The notes: generated from the sequence alone by a model not told the origin. DNA of 64,000 nucleotides from Octopus bimaculoides (GCF_001194135.2 NC_069007.1:10697298-10761297), one strand, 5' to 3'; counted from the first letter of the stretch, positions 47,706 through 59,239 are shown. A program made the numbers and translations.

Positions 47706-49062
47706 AGGGAGAGAGAGAGAGAGAGAGAGAGCGAACGATAGGAAGTAGTTACAGAGGGAGAGAGAGAAAAAGAGAAGAAGGTAGTTGGCGAGAAGATATT
47801 GGGACGACAGAGAGAAGAGAATAAGGGGGAGGAAAAGAGAAACAGAAGAAAGACAAATAGAGAGGGAGAGGAGAAGGCAGTGATTAATAGACAAGAACGA
47901 AGAGAGGAAAGTGTGTTGTGTAGAAAAAGTACCTCTGCCCCAGAAATGAGGAGGAGGAATTAGCTTGATAGAAAGTAGGAGAAAAGTGCGTCATGGAATA
48001 AGTAGAAAGGAGAATCTTGGTTAATAGAATAAATGACAAGACTCCCTTTGATTCAATATACATGTTCTGAATAAGTTGACACCCTTTAAGTAAATACGTT
48101 TGTAAAATAACAAATTACTTTGGATTCCATTATTTGACTGGTGGTTCGTATATATTCAATCCAACCAGTGAGACACTATCTAGTTTCTCGACCTGCTAGA
48201 AATGGTGACCAAATCTTTACATGCTAGCAATAGTGTTGCCAGTTAAATACATTTACAATGGTGGTGGTAAACTTGACAACGTATTTAAAATGGTCCCTCC
48301 AGTAAGTTTCCTCTACACAGTTTCTGTCTAATAAACTTCACCCATAAAGCCATAGATGACCTTATTCTATGGTAGATGTTACCTGATGTACAAACGATGG
48401 GATTAAACCTTGAAGAGAAATTGTAGACTTAAAGATGCTTTTTTTTTTTTAACAACGTGAGGTGTTGGTGAGTGATCCTTGGCGTTTTGTGAGGACTGGC
48501 TACAAATGTAACTGCATTTGTTGTTTAGCCCCTGGTCAATTCTGATAAAGAAAGCTCACAATTTGAGCTCACGTTCCTACCATAACCAGTCCATATTTTT
48601 ACTTATGGACCTTTGGCATCCATATGTATTGTGAAATCATGGATCAAAACTTGAAAAGTCTTATTTCAGTTTGTGTCAGTAGAATATAGAGAAGCATCAT
48701 TGGAATATTGTCTCCGGGACATAGGGGTTGGTCAAGTTGTATGGAAGAGCAACGATTACCCTTAACACCTTACCTGGCAAGGACGAGTTAACTTGTCTTC
48801 ACCCAGTTTGTCTCTTTCAGAGTGTGACAGGTGAACTTGTCCAAAACATAATTTCAAAAACAGCCACAAACGAGTTTATACGTCAATTCACCGGCATTTC
48901 TCAGTTTTTATCTGTCGAATGTAGCTGCAGTTATAAATATATATGTATTTAGAAACCTATCTATAATGACTACTGGAAACAGCTGTAAGCCAAATTTGCT
49001 ATAATAAAGGAATTATGTGTAAAGACCATTATTTTAACCTATCTATTATATATATATATATA

Positions 49063-49294
49063 TATCTGTAAATAATATGTGACAATTATTCGGTAGCCAT
49101 GATAAAACTGAGTTTCGGATGTTGGGGCGGAAACCCATGCCACCATCTCTTCAATTATCTGGCCATCGAAAAAATGCTATGAAAATGATGGCCAGATAAC
49201 TGAAGAGATGGCAGGGTGGGTTTCCGCACCGACATCCGAAACTCAGAGTTTTATCATGGCTACCGAATAATTTGTGACATATTATTTACAGATA
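49063..49294. mobile_element. Head-to-head foldback of a hammerhead-bearing repeat (~105-bp arms, 19-nt spacer)
   Basis: 49063-49167 is the imperfect reverse complement of 49187-49294. Confidence 0.9.
49191..49260 (+). ncRNA. Type I hammerhead ribozyme candidate (H4)
   Basis: GCCAGATAA-CTGAAGA-GATG...CATC(C)-GAA-ACT(cag)AGT-T-TTATC(A)TGGC; 9-bp bulged stem I. Confidence 0.75.
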
Positions 49295-49357
49295 AATTCC
49301 TCTATTTACATAATATCGAGGTCTCTTTCTTTCTTTTGTTGTCTTACCTTTTCTATC

Positions 49358-49388
<31 letters not shown>

Positions 49389-49391
<3 letters not shown>

Positions 49392-49575
49392 ATTCACAAA
49401 AAAAAAAACAAAAGACAAAGACAGGTGGTGTAGAAAACAAACAGATGTATTAGTATAACTGTCAGGAATTGAAAAAGTTTTTAACATTTCGAGCCTATGC
49501 TCTTCCACAGACAGGAACACAGAAAGAAACAAAGAGAGAAACAAGCAGAGAAAAAAAATGTGTGTAGTGGTTAGC
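49389..49575 (-). mobile_element. Small repeat family with a variant hammerhead-like core (H5 at 49477-49516)
   Basis: CTGTGGA-A-GAGC(atag)GCTC-GAA-ATGT-T; second copy at 53309-53450. Confidence 0.7.
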
Positions 49576-49590
49576 GATCTATCTATGTAT

Positions 49591-49937
49591 AAGTTGAATA
49601 AAGTTACAACATGGTCTGGTTTTCATGTTTTTTATTATTGTATTTAAAAAAATTTTTTTTACAATGTTGAAGTGGGTTAAACATTAAAAAAAAAATATTT
49701 AGTAATGTTCATGAAGTTCAATTAGCACTTTCATACTTTTGCAGTAATCAAATTTCAAAAGGTGTTAACTCACAGTTGGGTCAAGTGCTTGGTCAAGCAT
49801 TCAACTCAACTGTCAGTTAAATAAATTTAGAAATCTGATGATTACTGCACACTTCAACATTGTAAAAAATTTTTTTTTTTAAATACAATAATAAAAAAAA
49901 CAGGAAAACCAAACCATGTTGTAACTTTATTCAACTG
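49591..49937. mobile_element. MITE with ~85-bp TIRs
   Basis: AGTTGAATAAAGTTACAACATGGT...ACAATGTTGAAGTG and its reverse complement at ~49850-49937. Confidence 0.85.
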
Positions 49938-50039
49938 ATATGTTATTCTATACACATTTACACAAATTCAGAATAGCGTCCAATAACACTATCCGTATCA
50001 CGTCCTCACTTTGTTGTTTTTTTGTTATTGTTTTTTTTT

Positions 50040-50100
<61 letters not shown>

Positions 50101-50399
50101 GTGTGTATGGAGGATTAGCATTTGTAGTGAACAGAGCTCAACAGAATCCTCATTCTTCTTTAGAGGAGCTCTTGGCTCTGTGATGCAGTTGTAGTAATAT
50201 TACACATTGTTCTTTCTTTTTAAATATTCAATTGCAATACCTAATCAACTATGTACATTCTTATTGCCAACATTAGAACCTATTTCAGTTGCCACACTGC
50301 CTTGCAGTCTGAAATATCTTATGTCTTTGACCCTCATTTCTTAGAACCTTGGTAAATTTTTTATTCTGGGTTTCTTTTCTTGCTAGAATTACCTGACAT

Positions 50400-50740
50400 C
50401 TCACTTTTCTTCTCAAAGTTTGGAATTACATTTTCCAAGCCTGCCTCTTAGCCTTACTAGCTCTATGTACAACGCTATTCCAGCACAATGTCACCCTCTT
50501 TTTGGCTGGGATCTGGTACCAGCCACATTTTTGGTCATCTGGTTCTATCCATTGTTATTTTTTTTTTCCTGCACTATCATGTGTCAATTAATATGTCTCT
50601 AAGCTTGTTACTAGTCATTTGTTCTCTCAGTTTCCATTTTCTCTTTCTCCAGATTATCTTCTGTCTTGGTATCCATCTAGTTCTTACTCTGAAGTCACTA
50701 ACCACTAGTCTATGTTAGATCGTGCATTCTTTCCCATAGA
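50400..50740 (-). mobile_element. Old RTE LINE fragment (EN-RT linker)
   Basis: Recognisably similar to 6820-7170 (TTCCAAGCCTG..., ACCAGCCACA..., GAAGTC..TAAC). Confidence 0.55.
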
Positions 50741-51316
50741 TTTAACATTCAAAACAAACTGTTCATCTCTCTTTCTAGTGACCACATAGTCTCCCTAGCT
50801 TCTGTACTCAGGGAATTGATAGGAGATCAGGTTGCTGGCCAATTTGTTCCATTATATTTATTTTCACTTCAGATAAGATTGCAAATTGTGTTTGAAGGTT
50901 GAGTGAAATGCTTTGTAGAACTTATTTCAGCTTTTTCAGTTCTGAGTTCAATTTATAACAAAGTCAAGTTTGGTTTTCTCTATTTTTGGGTTAAAAAAAT
51001 GAGATACTGATCTAGTGTGGTGGATTGGTTGAATGGTTATAGTATCAAACCACATTCTTGTGGTATTTGTTGCAGCTCTTTGTGTTCTGGGTTCAGTCTC
51101 ATTGTAGCTTACTTGGGTAATCGATTTAATCTGGATTAACTTCATCAGCTGGTCCTTGAGTACGTTTAGCAGAGTGTACTCTCTTATATGCATTAAGGCT
51201 GTGTTTCTGGTTTGAAGATATCTGCCTCCCTTCCTCTTACCAATCTCACAGGACCTGAAATAGCATCATGGCTACTGCCTTTGTCTCTAAATGATAAAAA
51301 ATATAAAATGAACATA

Positions 51317-51726
51317 AGGCATAGGAGTGGCAGTATGATAAGTAGCTTGCTTACCAACCACATGGCTCCAGGTTCAGTCCCACTGCATGGCACCTTGGGC
51401 AAGTGTCTTCTACTATAGCCTCAGGCCGACCAAAGCCTTGTGAGTGGATTTGGTAGACGGAAACTGAAAGAAGTCCGTCGTATATATGTATATATATATA
51501 TATGTATGTGTGTGTATATGTTTGTGTGTCTGTGTTTGTCCCCCCAACATCGCTTGACAACCGATGCTGGTGTGGTTACGTCCCTGTAACTTAGCGGTTT
51601 GGTAAAAGAGACCGATAGAATAAGTACTAGGCTTACAAAGAATAAGTCCTGGGGTTGATTTGCTTTACTAAAGGCGGTGCTCCAGCATGGTCACAGTCAA
51701 ATGACTGAAACAAGTAAAAGAGTATA
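51317..51726 (+). mobile_element. SINE family A, full length
   Basis: Head, internal (TA)n(TG)n and tail. Confidence 0.92.
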
Positions 51727-53142
51727 AGTATTTCTCTGCCTAAATTTGGCAGCTTAGGTGTTTGTTTGAATCCAGATCAGTTCTGATTAGACAGATTTAT
51801 AGACATTCCAGCTATGACCATCTTGTCATTTTTTTTCCCCCAGATGAAGTGTTTAAAGGAGAACATTATTCATTATCTCCTTCTTTTTTAAAGATGGTAG
51901 GATGTGATTTGAGGAAGACTTAGTTGCTACTTCTTGCAGGATGGTCAAGCAGATGCTCTTTCATTGACTTGTGCCTGACTCATTTGTTTTGTTGTGTAAT
52001 TCCATAGGAATGACTGGCCACTCCTATGGCATATTGACATGCTATAAATGATAGTCAAACATTCTTCAACTATTACACTACAATATTAAAAATAAACACT
52101 TGAATGTATTCGTCCTCAAATCATACCCTATTTTTATATGAATGCATGCACACAGGTATGAGCCAACATAGGAACTTCTACATGCCATTGCAACCTGGTA
52201 GAGATAGTTGGTAGAAGGTTAATAATCAGAACTGATTACCTGCATTCCCAAATGGATCACTTGAAGATTATGGAGATCTTTTCCACATGAAATCATTGAT
52301 TGCCTTTTTAATTCACAAATAAAAGATATTTAGCCACCAAATGCAGTGTTGAGAACTCATTTTCACTGTCTGATACTGTTATATATATATATATATGTGT
52401 GTGTGTGTGCATGTATATACAAGCCAGTAAGTAAGACATATAAATGGGTGCTATATGTGATAGAAAAAAAACAGCCAAATCTTTCTCTAACCTCATCCGA
52501 GATTCTCTGAAAATTTTCAGTCAAATAATGCAGCGCTATCAAAAACAAAATGCCTTATGACCTGGAAGTTTCAATCATGTCCTGAAAATTTAATGGCTAC
52601 AATTGTTTCATTTCTCCAGACTGTCTCTGAAACCAACTGCTTTTCCATTTGAATTAAAAATATTTTGATTTTCTTTTCTGATTCAGCTTTACCATGAACA
52701 TAAATCTCAAAAAATCACTGAACATTTTTAAATTGAAATTTGTGGATATTGTCTTTTTAATGGTCAGGTTTATGTTAAGACATTAAAAGACCCTGGTAGA
52801 CTCTTCATCCCAGCATCACAAGTCCAAACCCAAAATATTCATCCCAAGGGTTTATATTTTTGTATTTTATATGTATANNNNNNNNNNNNNNNNNNNNNNN
52901 NNNNNNNNNNNNNNNNNNNNNNNNNNNNNNNNNNNNNNNNNNNNNNNNNNNNNNNNNNNNNNNNNNNNNNNNNNNNNNNNNNNNNNNNCATAATTAAGGG
53001 ATCAGCAAGCATTTGCTTCACCATATACCGAAGTTCAGAAATAGCAGCTAAAAAAGCTGAGACTCCAACAGATAGCATTACTTGTAACTCACAAAGGCAA
53101 AAACAAGAAGAAAAAACAATGAAAACTAACCATTTAAAGTTA

Positions 53143-53201
53143 ATCATAGACGCGTTTCTGGATTATGAATGATAAAATTCAATTTCCGTCATCGGTATGA
53201 T
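53143..53201 (-). ncRNA. Hammerhead-like motif with U4C (H6)
   Basis: ATCATA-CCGATGA-CGGA...TCCA-GAA-ACGCGT-C-TATGAT; 6-bp stem I, palindromic stem III, GUC site. Confidence 0.55.
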
Positions 53202-53308
53202 ATTCCAGTAGTACATTCGACTATGCTAACAAACCGCGCAAGTATGAATGAGTGAACATCATGCCTCGACACAATCTGAAAGCATAACCGAACTTACCTC
53301 GGCCATAG

Positions 53309-53450
53309 AGAGAATTCACAAAAAAAAAAACAACAGATGAAGACAGGTGGTGTAAAAAGCAAACAGATGTATTAGTATAATGATCGGGAATTGAAAAAGT
53401 CTTTAACGTTTTGAGCCTACGCTCTTCCACAGAAAGAAACCAGGAGAGAA
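53309..53450 (-). mobile_element. Second copy of the H5 family (H7 at 53400-53437, additional G12A)
   Basis: TCTTT-CTGTGGA-A-GAGC(gtag)GCTC-AAA-ACGT-T-AAAGA. Confidence 0.7.
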
Positions 53451-53603
53451 TGATAATAATAAAGGTTTTACATAAAGTTTAAAGGCTTCAGATGTCGTGG
53501 TGTATTGGAGCAATTTCTCATCAACAAATGGGTCCAGAGTAATCCATAGGCAGGAGAGGTGCAGCTGGAGTGTAGAAAGGTAACATATGTGTTTGTGTTT
53601 ATA

Positions 53604-53975
53604 TACAAGGTGGTATCAAAAGGTTCCTTGACTAGTTATGCTTAATAAAAAAGAACTTATTTACCTAAATTCTAACATCATCTTCTTTGAAACAGTCACC
53701 TTGTACAGCAATGCACCGGTTCTAGCGTTTCTGCCTCTTTTGGAATGGGAGCTGAAATTTGTTTTCGGTAAACAAGTCAAGGACCCCTGTGATTTGCTTT
53801 GGATCTTGACAACAGTGTTAGATAATGACCTTTGAGCTGCATTTTCATCTTGGGAAAGAGATGGAAGTCTGCAGGTACTAAATATGGCAAATAGGGTGGG
53901 TGCAGATGTGATGCCATGTTATTTTTGGTAAGAAAATCATGAGTGAGGAGAGCTTAGTGACAAGGTGCATTCATA
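53604..53975 (-). mobile_element. Mariner 3' end (transposase C-terminus and TIR)
   Basis: VPADFHLFPKMKMQLKG...NRCIAVQGDCFKED; terminus TACAAGGTGGTATCAAAAGGTTCC. Confidence 0.8.
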
Positions 53976-54134
53976 ATTCCCTTTGCATCAATTAAATTCA
54001 TAATATTTCTTTGCAATTAAATATTAACCTCATTTAATTTAGTGAAAATATCATAAGAATATGCAACATCAACTCTTTAATTGCTTAGTTCTTAATTCAT
54101 TGTATGAATTAAGAAATTCTAAAGCAGTACAATT

Positions 54135-54670
54135 GAGATCATAAAAACGCTTTAAACATTTTCTATTCACAAGCCATTGTATCTCAGCATGAAGCAGCAG
54201 GCATTTAAAATTTACTTCTTTCTCATGGCAAAGCTTCCAAAAGATATTATCATTCAGTGACTAGGCCTCAGTTTTATTTACCTGTTTTAATTACCTCATT
54301 CAACATGTTATGTAGCCTAGCGCTAAGACGTTTTGCAGCCAAGTGTTCTTGATGAATAACGCAGTAAACTTCAAATATATGTAGAACTGTTTCTTTTAAA
54401 TGTGCTATAAATTCACAATAATGGCCTATCACAGCTGGTGCAACATCTGTTGCACAACAATATTTGTGAGAAGAATATTCTTAGCACTAAAAAGATCTTT
54501 AACAACCTTAAAAATTGTAGAAACTTTTGTGTCAAATTCCATCTTTCAGCAAATAGAAACTCTTCAATAATTTCCTAATTTGAATTGACGTAATGGACAT
54601 AGTCCATTCATAAAAATTCATTGTCGTGTAAAGTTGACTCATCAAGTTGTAAAGAAAATTCTTTGATTTT
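54135..54670 (-). mobile_element. Decayed hAT (Buster/Charlie-type) transposase
   Basis: FSLQLDEST...EEFLF...CCATDVAPAVIG...CVIHQEHLAAK...LLLHAEIQWL. Confidence 0.85.
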
Positions 54671-54914
54671 TAATCCTTTAGAATTCAGATTTCTCTGTCA
54701 AATGTAATGCTTATTTATTCACAGTGTCTTGAATGAATTCTGCATTATCTCAGACTCTGATGTTTTGATGAAGTGATTGTTTATTTTTAGAATGACATTG
54801 TAGGGTAAGTAAGAGAGGCTGGATTAGGTTAGTTTTGACATACAACTGATAGAATATTTGGACAGGATATGGCCAGTAAAATGCTAAAGGGTTAAGCATC
54901 ACACTTTACATTCG

Positions 54915-55126
54915 CCAGAACCGCCTGACTGGCCTTCGTGCCGGTGGCACGTAAAAGCACCCACTATACTCTCGGAGTGGTTGGTGTTAGGAAGGGCATC
55001 CAGCTGTAGAAACTCTGCCAAATCAGATTGGAGCCTGGTGTAACCACCTGGTCCACCAGTCCTCAGTCAAATCGTCCAACCCATGCTAGCATAGAAAGCG
55101 GATGTTAAACGACGATGATGATGATG
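54915..55126 (+). mobile_element. SINE-like family C
   Basis: GTGCCGGTGGCACGTAAAAGCACC...GTTAAACGACGATGATGATG. Confidence 0.88.
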
Positions 55127-55853
55127 ATCTTTTGCCATTCTTGCTGCTACTTGTACTATTACTAAAAGGAATTGACACAGTTATAGCATTTTTACCTGTA
55201 CAAACCATAGTATCCAAAACTTGCATTTATAGCTGGTAAGAGTAGAGTTTCAACAATAGTATGTGGTTTTCCGCATTTCACAATTAAATTTTGAAAGTTT
55301 ATAAGACATAACCAACCCCTTCTCAATTTGCTTCATTTGTTTGGTAAAAACAACCCTTTAAGATGGTTTTTTAAATAATTTTTCATTTGGTGAAGCAGTC
55401 TTCACCTTTTCCTGCTTTATCTGGATTCATTTTTTGTTAATGTTCAATTATTCTTGAAGGCTTCCGTGCTTCCTTTGAGAAGATTTTTTCACATATTAAA
55501 CACAGCAGCAACTGTTCATTATTTAAAGAGGGAATAAATCCATATTTCAAATATTCACTCGAATATCTATCTATATCTATCTGTCTATCTATGGCACTTT
55601 CTTTTCACACTCACGCTAAATTTTTAAAAGAATAACTTACACATTTAATTATATCATTAAGCAAAATATAATGGAGATCATAACATACAAAGAAAACAAA
55701 CAAGATTGCACGCCTAAAAAAATACTATTCAAGACAAAAGTACAAGATTAAAAATGAATTATTCTTGTACAAACATGTCTTTTAGCAACAATATTTACTT
55801 ATCTCTCATTTTATTTTAATTGTTTCATCATGTATAATATAATTACTACTGTA

Positions 55854-55951
55854 GCACCTTGGGCAAGTGTCTTCTACTATAGCCTCGGGCTGACCAAAGC
55901 CCTGTGAGTGGATTTGATAGACGGAAACTGAAAGAAGCCCGTCGTATATAT

Positions 55952-55987
<36 letters not shown>

Positions 55988-56195
55988 ATATGTTTGTGTC
56001 TGCGTTTGTCCCCCCAGCTTCACTTGACGACCGGTGCTGGTGTGTTTGCGTCCCCGTAACTTAGCGGTTCGACAAAAAGTAACCGATAGAATAAGTACTA
56101 GGCTTACAAAAAATAGGTCCTGGGGTCGAGTTGCTTGACTAGAGGCGGTGCCCCAGCATGGCAGCAGTCAAATGACTGAAACAAGTAAAAGAGTA
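55854..56195 (+). mobile_element. SINE family A, 5'-truncated
   Basis: Starts at CACCTTGGGCAAG; internal microsatellite and tail present. Confidence 0.9.
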
Positions 56196-56764
56196 TAGGT
56201 AAAATTTAGTATGTTAATTACGTTTTTTTTTTTATCGCTCCACAAAAGCCTAACACGCTTTCGACATGCCCTGCTCCCGCTGACGAAGACATGGCAAGGG
56301 AGGTAACTCATTAATTGACGCTGGCAAGAGTTACCTCTATTTATCATTTGAAGGTTAAGAACGGACAACACAAACTACAGCTGCTACAGGTCAGTTATTT
56401 CACGATTCTTTCTCCATGTTCCTTGCTTTTTGTTGGTCAATTCGTATGTTTTAAAATACGATAATTAATTAATAGATGTTAATTAGAGATCGTTATATTT
56501 AACGCCCTAAATAAATACCATTTAAGACTTCTACATGCCGAAGTACCGTTTTGAAAAACAAAAAAAAAGTTTCTTTCCACATCAAATACTCCGAAATTAG
56601 CGGCATTGGTTACACATAGACACATGTGTATCTGTAGTTCTTATATCCGAAGAAGAAGCACACTCGAACATTAGAGCAGGAGTATATATTTTTTAGGTAG
56701 TTGTTATGGCCGGCCTTTGAGTGACCATTGGTTTCACACCTATAAAGCGCTTGGCAGTATAGGC

Positions 56765-57066
56765 CAGGGGTTTTCAAACTGTGGTCCCAGGACCACAGGG
56801 GATCCGCAAGGACAAGACAGGGGGGGGGGTCCGTGGACAGCAAATACTTTTTATGGGCAATTTGATTTTATATATGTTTTTTAATCGAAATCTTTTAATT
56901 GACAATAAACCTATTTGTTAAATACTGTTAAATAAATAAATGTAAAAATATATGTTATTTTAAGCAAATATTTATGTGTAAATTTCATAAGCGTTTATAA
57001 GGGGGTCCCTAAAGTAAAGCCTGAAATATAAAGGGGTCCGCAAGTCAAAAAGCTTGAAAACCCCTG
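56765..57066. mobile_element. hAT MITE with perfect 8-bp TSD
   Basis: TIRs CAGGGGTTTTCAAACT / AGCTTGAAAACCCCTG; TSD GTATAGGC at 56757-56764 and 57067-57074. Confidence 0.95.
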
Positions 57067-58439
57067 GTATAGGCGACCTGTCAAGACTCAAATGGCCTAT
57101 ACTGCTAAGCGATTTATAATTGCAAAGCCAATAGTAACTCTATGACCGGCCGTAACAGTTAACTTCATGTGTATGAGTTTATATACACATATATATGTAT
57201 ACATACACACATGTAACTATGTCAGCAAGATACGGTTGGATAGACGTTTGCTTATTTTTATTTATCTCTGTAGGAGTTTAACTTGAACACAAGAAAATAG
57301 AAAACTGGAATTTCAAATATTAGAGAAAGAAGAAAATGTTTACTTAAATGTTAAATCGAAAAAACAAAAAAGATTTAAAGACGCTAAACGTTAGGATTGC
57401 CTACCATGCGTTACATAAATATTTCTGATGTACTTTTACAATTTATTATAACAACTATTGTTGCTTGAATACCTTCTTTGAGAATCTTTGAGAAGCCAAA
57501 TCCAAGATCAAATAATTTAACTTCGTTTTTTTCTTTTCGTATTACATGAACTGAGACAGTCTGTAGATTTTGGCTGCTATTTCTGAGGTCGTACGAGACT
57601 CTGTAGAAAGGAAACGGTTCTTGGCATGTTAAATTATTTAAAAGAAAGGTGTAAGCAGGTCAAATTTAAGTAATATTAAAATAACCCGGTTTATATATAT
57701 ATATAAATAAGTCGTCTAACAGTCCATAAGTCAGGAAAAAGATGCACTCGTATATGTGTCAATAGAGTGGGTATATTATCCATCCGAAGTGTACAACATT
57801 ATATATCCATCACAGCTGGTCTTATCAATCGGGTTCGCTCTAGGTTCTCACCAATCGATTGTTATTTAACATTCCATTGTACCCCTAGTGCGAAACCGAT
57901 TGATAAGATCAACCACAATGGATATATGATACTGTACACATCGGATAACATATTTATAGATAGATAGATCGATAGATATGTCCACACACATATACATAAT
58001 ATGTTTTTGTTCAGCTGTTCTAGACATGACCACCCCCTCTTATTTATTCTGTTAACTATATTTTGAATCTCGAACTATAATTATACAACGTGTCTATTCC
58101 TATTTATTAATTGTAGGGTCTTTCAGTTCTCGGTGAACAGGGGATAGCTGTGATTCTGACTAGGAACAATAGTCGCAGAAAAATGCACCATTTCATTTAT
58201 AATGGTTTAAGTAATTAGGTATAATAATTCAATTAGTTTATTAATGAACAATCATAGACACAATGAACAACATTATATATTTCGCATATGTGAAAAACAA
58301 AAACAAAAACGTGCTATTCAATGTCTTCAATAAAATAAAAAAGATATATTAAATCAGTCATTTATTGAAGTTTTTCTGCGACTTCCTTTTTTTCTCTGGA
58401 TTCTTTCTAATTTGGTCGGGATTTAACTGCTATTTATAG

Positions 58440-58553
58440 CATGTCGAACACACTGGGAGTCATCGGTTGTTGGTGTTATTGGACGCTGCTTGTCACACGA
58501 CGATGAGTTCGAAACCAGAAAATAGCGTCGCAGCATCGTAAAAAAAAAAGCCG
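58440..58553 (+). promoter_or_regulatory. CpG-rich segment ending in a possible donor (candidate TMEM69 5' exon)
   Basis: Local CpG enrichment and CCG|GTAAAT; not verifiable without RNA data. Confidence 0.25.
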
Positions 58554-58705
58554 GTAAATGTATTCCTGTAGAATAGAGTCGGAAATTATCCAGTTCTTCA
58601 AGGAAAGCTGCAGAAAAAGTTTCCGTTTTGACTTTTTTCGGATTTACGCAAAAACCACAATTTTGAAGAATCTCGAGTGTTTGAAACAAATATTCTTTTA
58701 TTGTT

Positions 58706-59038
58706 TTTCTTTCATTTGTTTCAGTCATGTGACTGCGGCCATGCTGGAGCACTGCCTTTAGTCAAACAAATCGACCCCAGGACTTATTCTTTGTAAGCCG
58801 AGTACTTATTCAACCGGTCGACGTAAACACACCTGCATCAGTTGTCAAGCGATGGTGGGGGTACAAACACACACACACACACACACACATGTATGTATAC
58901 AACGGGTTTCCACTCACAAGGCTTTGGTTGGCCCGAGGCTATAGTAGAAGACACTCACCCAAGGTGCCATGCAGTGGGACTGAACCTGGAACCATGTTGT
59001 TGGTGAGCATGCTACTTACTACGCAGCCACTCCTGCAC
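58706..59038 (-). mobile_element. SINE family A with internal deletions
   Basis: Consensus match with internal (CA)n. Confidence 0.85.
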
Positions 59039-59239
59039 CGATGGGGGGGGGGGGAATTCAAAACGAAGTTAATAATACTAAAACATTATGGAAAAGGAGA
59101 AGCACCGCACCACTGCCTTTTTTTTCCTTCAGTTTTCTTTTTCTGACTTACGTCGTATGCTACTTAAAACAGAGATCCACAGAAATTACAGTTTTTGGTG
59201 GACTAGATAATTTCCAACAGAAGTATTTATTGTCATACT

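Noticed and set aside
51115-51155. Minus-strand CTGATGAAG followed by a TTAAT/ATTAA hairpin
   Set aside because: No GAAA after the hairpin.
51690-51720. SINE-A tail hairpin CAGTC-AAAT-GACTG-AAAC as a hammerhead stem II
   Set aside because: No CTGAnGA upstream and no stems I or III.
56278-56315. CTGACGAAG motif and possible ATG...GAG|GTAACT first exon
   Set aside because: No hammerhead second half; the exon call has no supporting downstream frame or homology.
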